Source: the human T2T-CHM13v2.0 reference genome, Homo sapiens
Reading direction: 5' to 3' (one strand)
Length of the DNA: 64,000 nucleotides
NCBI RefSeq assembly: GCF_009914755.1
Contig: NC_060930.1
Below, in pieces: positions 10,414 through 22,799 of the stretch (the stretch's first letter is position 1; each line of letters begins with the position of its first letter). Under the pieces are notes generated by a model. That model saw only the letters and a list, made by a program, of their open reading frames with translations, searched no databases and had not been told where the DNA came from. The translations under genes and the position numbers were made by a program.

Positions 10414-12433
10414 ACCCTGCTGGTTCAAAAAGGCACAGTATAAAGGAAGCCGAACAGTAAAGTCAGTCAGGAGCCCACTGGCTTCCAAAGACTTTTTATG
10501 AGTAGGCAATCCTCAATTTAAAGATACAAATACTGGTTGCTTTTGTTCTAATCAGTTCCATTTCTTGTGTTCAGGAGTCATTTTTGAATCACCTTATTCC
10601 CTTAAATCTTTCATTGTTAAACTTCGCCCCTAAGAGTGCTTGTTCTCCAGTTACTTTACACATTCTAATTTCAGATTAAATCCTCACGGGCTCTGAGCTG
10701 CCAGAGGTAAAGTAAGATATTCCTCAGAGCTCCTTTAAAAGATCTGAGCACAATGATGTGAGATTGCAGGTGACTCTGAGGTTCTTCCACCTTTTCTTGC
10801 TTCCAGTCTTCTCACAGAGACTTAGATATTTTCTTGTAGTCGAGAAAACTGCTGTGCTGCTACTGTTGATTTTTCAAATGTGTTACTTTTTAAAAATTTT
10901 CAATGTAGGAATGGAATACCAAGCAAGCTGTTTTTTAGGAAAACTAAATCTCTCCCTTTAGGGGTCTTTTATAATTTACTTTGTTTCCCAACACTGGGAT
11001 TTTACAAACCTGTTTCTGGCTTACAATCTCACTTGGAGAAAGAAAATCTCCAGCTTTTGTTGATAAGGTTGATTGTGTTTTGAGTTTTCTTGTTTTAACA
11101 AGAAACATTTACATGTTTTATTTTATATATATAAAAGAAATCATTAGCAGTGCCCAAAGTTAATAGCCTAAGAATGTATAGCATAATATACTGCAGTGTC
11201 ACTGATAGAGTGAAAAAGATTTAACATAGGACTCAGGGGGAGAAAGTATAAACAGTAAGAAACTATTACTACTCCAACTAGTTCTGAAAGAGCTCAATGT
11301 GAAACCAACCAGAAAATGATCATCCCACAACCATAAATATAAAGCAGTAAAAAAGACAAAAGCTCTCTGGCATTGTGAAAAATCCATAAATAAAAAGCAC
11401 CCCCAAAGCATTTGCTAGCAAAAGTATTTAGTGCAGCAGTAAAAAAGAGTATTTGTTTTCTTTATATTAAGTGATTTTTTATGGAATCTGTACAATTAAA
11501 CACTACATAAGAACACCAGAACTGGAGTTTGCGTTTGTACCTCATTGAGTATAGAATCAGGAAGATGCAGAATCTGAAGAGGCGACATGCCTTACATTGT
11601 ATAGTCAAGGTTACTTGTAATGTTTTGTTAAGTAGAAAGTGTCCCATACTGAAAAAAAAATCATTTTTTGAATGTACAGATATACACACTGCCACACAAT
11701 ATGAAAACAAGGCTCTCTTTTATAGCTTTATATTTAAATAAAGAGTTGCATTCTGAGGTTGATAGCTCCACTCCAAAAGGCAATCCTATCAGGCCCATCT
11801 TCCTATCAGATATATTTTAGTTAAGGAAGATATTATCTTATTTCATTTTATTGATATTCATTAGGCCACATAAGAAAGGGAGATTTTTCTTAAAGATGAA
11901 GTTGTCAGCTGAAAGGAAGCCACAATAGACCTCAGCACCAAGCCCTAAGCACTTAGAATAAGTAGCAGCAAATTAAAGAAAAGATGTGATAAATTATACA
12001 CAATATCATCATCATTTAGTAAGTTAAAGACTTCCACATCTTAATAAAACATCAGGGACCTTGATGTCAATAATGAACCTAATAATGCTAATCATAACAG
12101 TAGTGTTACCTTATACGTGTTTTGTCCCTTGATGAGTCCAAGTGACTACAGTGGATGGGTCAGCAGTTTCACCCCTCACATTCACTCTACAGTGTACAGA
12201 GGTAATTATGGCCCCCAAATGGATAGAACTGCTGGCGCTGAAGGCACAGTGACAGAAGCTGGCATAACCTCCACCCCAATATCATTCACAAAGGACTTGC
12301 TTGTGCAATGTCGAGTGGAACCACGTGCCCTTCCAATGGCTAGACTCTCCTGAGGAAATGTGAAAGGGAGGTATTATCACTGCTAGTTTGGACCATATGC
12401 AGTTTCCAACAACTGCCTTAAAAATGACCCACA

Positions 12434-12713
12434 TGGCTCATGCCTGTAATCCCACCACTTTGGGAGGCCGAGGAGGGTGGATCACCTGAGGTCGGGAGTT
12501 CGAGACCAGCCTGACCAACAAGGAGAAATCCCATCTCTACTAAAAGTACAAAATTTGCCAGGTATGGTGGCGCATGCCTGTAATCCCAGCTACTCGGGAG
12601 GCTGAGGCTGGAGAATCACTGAACCCTGGAGGCGGAGGTTGTGGTGAGCCGAGATTGCACGATTGCACTTCAGCCTGGGCAACAACTGTGAAACTCCGTC
12701 TCAAAAAAAAAAA
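12434..12713 (+). mobile_element. AluSp, 5'-truncated
   Basis: gtcgggagttcgagaccagcctgaccaac diagnostic; TSD gacccacatgg at 12426-12436 and 12714-12724. Confidence 0.93.
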
Positions 12714-12964
12714 GACCCACATGGATAGCAATTTCATGTGGGTGCAAACTAATAACTGACAAACTTAATACAGAACTTGAGCCATTGAGAACAGTTTGCC
12801 TATTGCAAAAGGGGGGTTCTTAACTGGTCCAACCCTACTTGTTTTTTACAAATCTTTTCTCTCTGAGAATGAGAGCAATTTGGGGAATATACACCTGGTT
12901 ATACCAAAGATTAAATCAAACCATGTCACTTTAGAATTTACAAAGAACTTTTAAGACATTAGGC

Positions 12965-13110
12965 TCTGTAACCTCACAACAATCCTTTGAGATCATTATT
13001 GCTATCGCCTTTTTGGAGACAGGAAACTGAGGCAAAGAGAAGTTCAGTGACTTGCCAAAGATCACAAAGGTACTTAATATTCAAGCCAGGATTCAAGTAC
13101 AAATCTTTGT
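12965..13110 (-). mobile_element. MIR
   Basis: ggaaactgaggcaaagagaagttcagtgacttgccaaagatcaca is the reverse complement of the MIR core. Confidence 0.75.
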
Positions 13111-13229
13111 TTCAAAATGCAGTGTTCTTTCCACTTTATTCCAGTGCCGATATCAGCCACTGTGAATGCCTTTTAAACATCTACAATATGAAAGGCACCA
13201 TAATCTGTAATGATCGTACATGGAGGGAG

Positions 13230-13700
13230 GTGGATCAGGGAAAGTGCAGATTTAAAGCTGATTCCCAGGTTCCAAATCTATGCATCAGGGAGGATTTCCC
13301 CTGTATCAGCAAAAATAGGGCATTCTTGAGGTAAAATAGGGTTTAGAGGGAAAGGCCATAAGTATAAGTTTAAGCTCAGTGTTTGAAATTTTATAGTGTA
13401 TCTTGGAGGTGGCCAATAGTGAGAGAGCTCAGGAAGGAAGTTGAGAATTGGGATGAGATTACCACAGGAAGCTGGATGAGATCAATCAGGGAAAAGAAAG
13501 GAAGGGGAGGAAGGCTGTGAATAAAATATCAGGGGAACATAGAGGGTGGGGAGGAACACATATATTCAGAAAGACAGAAAAAGCGAAGTCTCATTTCAGA
13601 GAGTGGAAAAATTAGTCTTAAGATGGGAAAGGACACTACATCCCCAAAGATAAAAAGGAAAGACAATGGAATGTAGTAACCGCATAAAGAAATTGTGACC
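13230..13700 (-). mobile_element. Diverged L2 fragments
   Basis: Purine-rich segment with gattcccaggtt and gctggatgagatca motifs. Confidence 0.45.
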
Positions 13701-14341
13701 CTGAAGGAAGAAGAATTGAGGAAGTGCATGTTGGATAATCCCAACTTTCTCATTAACGACAAATGAAAGAGATGGGTTTTATGTTCTCAAGAGTAACATT
13801 TTGGGATGGCTACTGCAGAGGAAATTAGAAGGAACTAGAGATAAATAAAACCAAATCTGCTCAGTAGGGAGGACCTAAGTGTTTTGAGCGAATTTGAGTA
13901 TGTAGTGGAGAAATGATCATAGTTACCGGGAAATTATCCCAAGGGTAGAGAAATAGAAGAATTTAATCAGGTTTAGGAAATAAACAGGAAACCTACACTA
14001 TAAGGTAAAAAGAACGAGAGGAATTTTAACCTGACTTGACAAGTTAGCTAAGATGGCTAAACATAAAGTCTAAGCTATATAGGCAAGAGAGAATGGAAAT
14101 TTTAAAAAAGATATCAATAAATCAGGTTCAGTAGGTATGGGAGGTAGAGTATGGAAATATAATCTGTGTGTTGATTTGGTAGGCTGGACATGTAATCTCA
14201 AATTCTCCACAGTTTTTACCCCTCCCACTTTCATTTTCAGCTATTTACTTTATCTGCCTGTCCCTTGAGAACATGTGAGTTTGTAGCTATTTGTCAAAAC
14301 TTTCTCCATTCTTTACTCCTCATTATCTCCTAAATACCCTT

Positions 14342-14590
14342 TGTATTAGCTTCCAATAGTAGCTGTAAAAAATTAGCACAAACTGGGCAACATAAAACAA
14401 TAGAAGTTTCTTCTCTCACAGTTCTGGAAGTCAGAAGTCAGAAATCAGGGTGTTGATAGGGCCATGCTCCTTTTGGAGGTTTAAGGGGAAAATTGTTCCT
14501 TGCCTCTTGTCAACTTCCATTGGTTGTCACAAGGCTGTATCTTTGGGGCCACCATTCAATCCACTTCATACTTCAACCTATCCTCTAGCC
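14342..14590 (-). mobile_element. MLT1 (MaLR) LTR fragment
   Basis: tgtattagctt...cacaaactggg...ctctcacagttctggaagtcagaagtcagaaatcagggtgtt. Confidence 0.8.
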
Positions 14591-14601
14591 ACATCCACTC
14601 C

Positions 14602-14604
<3 letters not shown>

Positions 14605-14649
<45 letters not shown>
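14605..14649. repeat. (CA)n microsatellite
   Basis: About 22 uninterrupted AC units. Confidence 0.98.
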
Positions 14650-14651
<2 letters not shown>

Positions 14652-15005
14652 GCCACTTAACCAATTTTCACTAATAGCACTGATGTCTTCCTAATTTTTC
14701 GTTATAAAGCTTTGGTTTTCATGAGGTTTTCTACAGTATTGGACATCATTAACAATTGCAGATGTCCGCAAACATCACCTTGCTACTTTCTCTGCTGTCC
14801 ATTCTTCATGCCATTCCTATTGGGCTCATTTGTTAATACCATCTACTCCCCCATCCTCTTAAATGGTGATGTACACCAGAGGGCTCCCTCTTCTCTCCTC
14901 ATTTTTTGCTCTCTGAATAAAGCTACACTCACAGTTTCAACTACATCTCTGTGTTCATTATGCCCAATCTATATCCAACCCTGACTTCTTGCCTGATTTT
15001 TACAC

Positions 15006-15170
15006 TAGCACCACCCAATGGAACTCGCTGTTATGATGGACAGATTCTATGTCTTCACCGTCCAACACAGTAGCCACTAGCCACATGTAGCTATTGAACG
15101 CTTGAAATGTGATCAGTCCTTAAATTTAAATAGCCACATGTTGTATTGACTACCTTATTGGATAGTGCAA
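15006..15170. mobile_element. MER3 (hAT-Charlie MITE) within L2 fragments (about 14850-15540)
   Basis: gtagccactagccacatgtagctattgaacgcttgaaatgtg and aaatttaaatagccacatg. Confidence 0.8.
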
Positions 15171-16091
15171 ATCTAGTCTCCTCTACCCTATATGTCAGTC
15201 CTAGTGAATTTGTTGCCAGCCACACTATATGTCTTTCCACATACTCTTCTCTTTGCTTGGGTAAGTCACCATTTATCCTTCAGGACTCAGCTCATCTGTG
15301 AAGCCTTTTTAACAACTCCAGGTTGAATTACTTGACCCTACTTTTGTCTTTCCACAACTCATTTTCAATAACGTATTTATATATAAATATATAATTTCAA
15401 TTTTATATGTTTGTATCCATTTCCCTCACTATACCATGAACTCCTTGAAGAACAAGCCTCTGTCTTAATTTGTTCTGCACTCTTTACAAGCCAACACAGG
15501 ACCTGGCACTTGCTCACTGAATCAATGAAAGAAATGAGTGACTACATTTTGCTTAGAAGTCACCCTGCATTGTCTTAGAGATAAAGCTTATCAAGTTGCA
15601 AATTCTAAAATACAAGGGGCTTCTACCCCCTTATATAATCTCCTCATGAGAATGGCCAAGTCAGGACAGTTCAGGAAGCTTTTAAATCTGTGCATTAGAT
15701 GATAGAGAATCCTGTTTTTTGTTTGTTTTTGTTTGATCTTAGTTTTAGTTTTTAATGTGTTGCACTTTTAGGAGACTTAAAAACTAGAAGTTAACATGGC
15801 TAACTGGGCACATGAGCCATTTGGCTGTCACCCTTCATGCTTAAATGCAAATCATTGTAGGAATCGCTCTTCTCTGGAATCTGAAATACAGTCATTCGGA
15901 GAATTCCAAATAGTGAGGCATGATTTTTCAAAAATATGCTTTTAAGAAAACAGAGTTGACATTTCTTTGCTACAGGAGGAAAGGAGAGAAAAAGGAAATT
16001 CTGCTCTAATTTTGGCCACAGGATGTGCACAGGGGTGTGTGCATCTCTTTATGGGGTGAAGGAGAGCATTAGTAAAGGGTTAGGCAGGCAT

Positions 16092-16126
16092 GCAGACTGT
16101 AGAGAAGGCAGACTGTAGAGAAGGCA
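16092..16126. repeat. 16-bp perfect tandem duplication
   Basis: gcagactgtagagaag twice, followed by gca. Confidence 0.9.
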
Positions 16127-18759
16127 ACTCATGGAGGCTTTTTCTGTTTCTGTGCATTCTGCCCAGCCTTCATTGCCTATGGCTGCTCTTTTTATGAAAA
16201 TTGGCGCATATTTAACTGCTATAGCTGTTGGCATCTAGGCTTAGTTTTACCCACAGAGGAGGCATTCATTCACGTTTTAGCTATCATTTCCATTAAAGCT
16301 TGCAAGTACAAATGGTACCCAATCTAAATGGGTAAGGCATGACCAAATAAATATATCCCCTGAATACCCTAAACATGGGGTATCTAGAAACACAGTGGTG
16401 GTACTTATTGAAAGTGACATTAACTACAAACTTAAAATTTTCCTTCCTAAGTATATAGAAAAGCCAAATAATCTTGTGCAGAAGGTAGGGTGTAGGAATT
16501 CCATTAAGATATTACATGGAAAAAAAAAGCTTTAGTCCCATTTTGTCTATTTCAAGCTCCATTTTATTCATATTGTAACTTAGAGAATCATTCAGTGAAA
16601 TAGAGTGGGAGGAAGAATATGGTCTACATTTCCTTGGAACTTTAGATACATTTTTCTTTCCTGTTTTATCTGTGCAGGCAGGCGACATCTCCTTAATGAG
16701 AGTCTTCAAACTTCTTTGCCTTTTAGAAGTATCTCTGCTGTGCCCTGGGACACCAGTCACTGATTTTAGCTTTTAAATATGCTCATGATATAAAGTAATT
16801 TTTTCCTTAGTGCTATTCATTGTTTTACCTGTCTCAATGGGAATTATGAGTTTGATTAATGGGCAGAAAGATTTGGCCCTTGTTAGAGTCCTTATCTCTA
16901 TTCCTCCCTGCTGCATGCTGCTTCCGACAGTCTCTGAATGCTCAAGAATAATATCTGCAAGTGAAGATTAAAATAAGAGTAAAAATAAAAGTTTATCCAT
17001 GGATTGTTTATCCATGGTCCTGGCATTAGTGGTGACTGTTTATATTAAAAGAATTCATAAATACATGCATACATTCAGTCATACATTCATGTATTCATTC
17101 AACAAACAACAGGCATTGTGCTTGGCACTGAGAAGAGTCTGGAGTGATTTTAGGTTCTACCAAATTAAAACAAGACAGTGGCCATTGAGCTTCACATTAT
17201 ATGATAATGAAAATGGATATGGGAAGGGAAGTAAGCATGGAAGGTCCTATTTGTTCTGTTTTAATTTGGTCGCTAGCTACGTATACTTAATCAAGTAGAT
17301 AATCAGGAAACACCTGTGTTCAGTGAATTAATAAAAATGTATGACACATACTTCTGATGAAACAAATGACCAATCTTGGAATCCACAGGTGCTACAAAAA
17401 TAACCACAAATAACCAGGCAACTAGTCCCATCATCACTGGGAGTGCATGCTTTGAGTCAAACATGGATATTTATCACTCGAGTAGCTCTTAAAGGTGAAG
17501 TAATGCTTGTGGGTTTACTCATGAGCTCAAGGAATAAGGATTACTTAAAAACACTAAGTATTTAGGTGTGGGAAGTAAAATTAAAACACAAGATTTCAGT
17601 GAGAACTTCGACTTGATTTATCTAATGAAGAGAAATGTGCTATTTGGGCAGGTCTACACCTTCATGTGCATGTATGAAACCAGACAAGTTTGAGAATTTC
17701 TTTTGTCTTCGGAGTAATCAAGTAAAATAATATTCTATCACTAGAATGGCACTAATACTAACTCTTTGGAAAACAGTGTATTTTTTCTCCACTTGGGCAA
17801 AATATGAGTAAGTTAACTAAAATAAGCTGGAAAATATTCCTGACTCGTTCAAATGCAATCTGTGAGCTCCAAAAATAAATAAAGATTGCTCCTAAGAAGT
17901 CTAGAACATGATAGGATGCAAAGCAGTGGTAACAGATTAAGTACTCTGATGCTTCCAAACATCTGAATCAGCCTGTTCTGCCTGGTTAACATGAAAATAA
18001 GATGTGAGCAAAGATCTTAAATTGTAACTTTTCTCACAGGTCCTCAGATTGGAAATTTTAAAAATACAGTCGATGAAATTTAAGTACTGATCCTTGGCAT
18101 GTGTGGGAGAGGGTCATTTACAAATGAAACATTTACAAATTAATATTTCATACTTGCTGATGGACGTCAGATGCACTTAATAGCACTGCTATTAAAGGAA
18201 TAAAGATTATGCTTAATTATAAAATAAATATGTTCTGCTTAATCATACACATGCATAGGTACATACACATACAAAAGATTCATGCACATGCTGTCTCTCT
18301 CTCTCTCCTCGCAGCCCCTCACCAACGTCTTATCTAATCCTTAATAAAGAGGAATTCAAGCCCAAATGACAGTAGGTATAAAATTGATTACAAAGCAAAA
18401 TTTTCAGGTGATGCAGGCTGGGAAGATGTAAATGTTTCGCAGGAATTATGATGTCACTTATGTTTCTGCCCAAAGGAGGGCCCCATTTCAGCTCAATCCC
18501 AATCAGGAAGTTATTCTTCACATCAAAGGAACATATTTTATACATGGCTGGGTAGAACACAGAGCATTTAGATGCTAGAGAGCTAGAGCAGAAGGGCCTT
18601 ATATACTGAGATGAGCAAATTTCTGTGATGATAATTTCTTCCTGGAAAAGGATTTTATCACATGGCCCTGGAAGAGGAAAATACCATCTTCAAAATATTC
18701 TTAACAACAGACTTTGAGTAGATGCAAAAGCTGAGACTTGCAATTTTGTGGAAATAGTA

Positions 18760-18931
18760 ATAAACTGACCCCAGCTGGAGAGTGAGAGCTCATGTGAACC
18801 TATACCAGCCTAGACAGCTGCAGTCAGCTGAACCTCAGCCTACCTCATATCTGTAAGAATAAATGCTTATGTTTTTTTACTTACTGAGATTTTTATGATT
18901 ATTTGTTATGCAGCAGTAGCTAACTGATACA
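18760..18931 (+). mobile_element. Old MLT1 (J/K-like) LTR 3' part
   Basis: aataaatgcttatg...ttgttatgcagcagtagctaactgataca terminus. Confidence 0.7.
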
Positions 18932-19332
18932 GAGAGAATAACTATCTTCAAGTATATGAAGACATTTTCTTTCTTTTCTGGAGATGAGAAAATGCTAGAA
19001 AAGATTCAGGTTAAAAATAAGAAAGATTAGTATTGTTAGTACCTTTACATGAGAGTTTCAATTGTGGGAAAGATAAATGCTGAAGCCTTAGCGTCTAGAA
19101 AGAATAAATGAAATGATCTTTCTTCCTTCATATGTATTGATTTCAGACATGAAGTCACAGATAAGTTTATAAAAATAGAAATGTCATTTGAAACTCTGCC
19201 AGTTTCTAAAAATAGATAAGAAATGTGTCCTTTACAATGAGCTACTCTACCACAATACAGAGGGTCAATCTAGTACTTTTGTTAAGACATATGGTTTATC
19301 CTGGTCCTCATTAACTTGAATCTAGTTTCTCA

Positions 19333-19650
<318 letters not shown>

Positions 19651-21159
19651 TTAAACTAAACTTTTAGTTAAATTGAAAGATTTTACTTTTTCAAATTGTT
19701 TATTGATGACAACCAAGAATCTCTGGCAAATAAATTTGCTTATATTTGCAAATATAGAGCATATTTGTTAAGGCTTTTTCTAGAGTCAGATATAATAAAT
19801 TCAGATCTCAGTTCTGACATGGATTAGTCATGGGGCCTTTGTAGGAAGTTGGTTTCTGAGTTCTGGTTGTCTATGAAGTAAGAAATTACGCATAATAAGT
19901 AGTTAACAAAGAGAAGCCACTCCACTATCATAATCAATGCCATCATCTTCATCATCATCATCACGATAATCAGAAGTTTAGGGGAAGAGGAGATAGAATC
20001 AAAGCTGTGCCTTAGAAGATGAATTTAGTAGGACTATGCAGAATGAATGGGACCAAATGAGCAAACTAGAAACACTAATAGTTTTATTTAGAATATTCCT
20101 ATCTTTGTCATCACCCTCTTGAGATATCCCACACACCCACACACCCACACACATCAGAGGTGGAGTGGAAATCCTAACAGTAAAACACATGTAAGGCAAG
20201 GCTGGCACTTCTGCCTAAAGTACATAACAGCCAAAGATGCAGGCTGAAACATTCCCTATGCCCACTTTGCTCAGGAGCTCAGCATTGGCTAATGGACAGA
20301 CAGACTCCAGGCTTGTGCCTAGAGCTCTCGCCCTCAGCACTCCCTTGTGATGCTCCCGCATGGTTTTTTTGCTGCCTACGCTCCTGGCCATCTGTTACAG
20401 TGGCATCACGCCAGCTTACAGGATAGCTTGCTGGCTTTGCCGAAGCCCAGAGGCCAAGGAAAGGGTTTAGACAAGAAGCCCTTACAAAACTCTCAGATGT
20501 GTCTGAAGAGAGCTCCAGGTTGCCTCTCCCTTTCCCCATACGCCAAGGCTGAGAGTGGTTTTCTGCTTCACAACATTTTATCTCACCTGTTGATTTAACT
20601 AGTTGGGTCTCCAATCTAAATCTTGAAATCTGGAGAGGAGAAAAACATGAACCATGTGTAGGTACCTGTGGCTGCCAAGCAGACAGGTGGTGTTATTGCC
20701 TGCTTCTTGGCAGGGCTAATGGGCAGCAGCAGGGTTTCCATCAATACTCCGCTAGAGCCTCCTCTAATTCCCCAGTGTTCTCCTTTGTTCCCCATGATTC
20801 CTCCCTCTGTTCGTCGGTCATTACACTATCTGTAAGATTTAGCAAAGATGTCTTTGCTTGACTTGTTTTCCAGCTCTTTGCTTACAAATTTATATGAAAA
20901 ATATTAAAACCTATCCACATAAGTTATTCTTACAAGACATGAGAAAAGACATTTAAATACAACCGGTGTTTTAAACTAATGCTTTATGTGAGACTGAAGG
21001 ATGTTTTATAATTACATTTAAAGTCATACACCACTGCAGCGAATAGAACCAAAGGAGGAAAAATCAATTGGAAATTAATACAATAAAAATATTCAACCTA
21101 ATGACCAAGAACATTTTTAGTTCATATTCAATTATGGATTAGCTTTTTTTAAAAAAATA

Positions 21160-21491
<332 letters not shown>

Positions 21492-21654
21492 TCACTCAAA
21501 TGTCTAGAGCATGTGGTAATAATAAGTACAACAAAAACACTTTGGATAGTCCTAATAATAGATATGTGCACCTATATTAGGAAGAAAGCCTAGAAATAAC
21601 TGGAGTTTAAATCTTACCTGACGATAGAAGAATGTTGATTTTCTAGGCCAATAT

Positions 21655-21910
21655 ATACTCATTCATTCATTCAGCAACTAGGGACTGGGCATCTACCAGA
21701 TGTCAGTCGCTGAACTAATGTTTAATAATAGGAAAGAAATCATTCAGAACATCTCCCATCAAGGATTTCATTATCTAATGTCACATGTGATTATGTGACC
21801 AAACATAAAGCAAAGAACAAATGCAGTGATTGGGATATAGACAGGTATTAAGAGAGCGCTTACTCCATCCCAGAGGGACTTAGAAAAAACTTCCTGGAGA
21901 AGATGAAAGA
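21655..21910 (-). mobile_element. L2 fragment
   Basis: cattcattcattcagcaac start and aaaacttcctggagaagatga. Confidence 0.6.
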
Positions 21911-22503
21911 CAGTTTTTGTTAAAAATTTGAATACATAAGGCACAAGAAGAACTAGATATCACTTGTCTTTACTTAACAGGTTGAATAATTCTGCACTGT
22001 TCACTATTCAAATGTTGCAAAATCTCTGGGTCAGATTAAAAAAGAATCTATGAAAAGGGAATAATTCTTGTTCTCTGTCACCAGAGTGGATGTAAAAACC
22101 AACAAAGATAAAGGATGTGAAAATACTTAGGAAAGTGTACAGCATTGTATAACTGAACGTTATGATTATCATTTTACCTCTGGTATTCTTTTTTAACTAC
22201 CTGCAAATCAAAACACAAACACAAAAACCAACAGAAAAACCTGCAATAAATGTGCAGAGTGTTCTTTGCTTATCCATTTCAGAGGTGTAGTTTTCTAAAG
22301 ATTATGAAATCATAGCCCCAGTAGAGGCTTTGCAGGAGGAAGGGTCTCTGGTTGTCCATTTCCCTGACTTCAGAGGAAGGACAGAGCCCCACACAGTGGC
22401 CAACCTCTCCCATTTATCCCAACACCGGCAAGGCTATTTTCCTCTCCAGAAACCTCCTCCTTGCCAGAATGCATCATTGTTCACATTAAGAGTGGGATAT
22501 ACA

Positions 22504-22799
22504 GGCCGGGCGCGGTGGCTCACGCCTGTAATCCCAGCACTTTGGGAGACCGACGCGGGTGGATCACGAGGTCAGGAAATCGAGACCATCCTGGCTAACA
22601 CGGTGAAACCCCGTCTCTACTAAACAAAATACAAAAAATTAGACTGGTGGCGGGCGCCTGTAGTCCCAGCTACTCAGGAGGCTGAGTCAGGACAATGGCG
22701 TGAACCCGGGAGGCGGAGCTTGCAGTGAGCCGAGATCACGCCACTGCACTCCAGCCTGGGTGACAGAGCAAGGCTCCGTCTCAGAAAAAAAAAAAAAAA
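22504..22799 (+). mobile_element. AluY
   Basis: gagaccatcctggctaacacggtg and aatggcgtgaacccgggaggcggagcttg; many CpGs kept; perfect 16-bp TSD aagagtgggatataca at 22488-22503 and 22800-22815. Confidence 0.96.

Noticed and set aside
14872-14888. CTCF-like motif acaccagagggctc
   Set aside because: Single imperfect match inside an L2 remnant; not distinguishable from chance without ChIP data.
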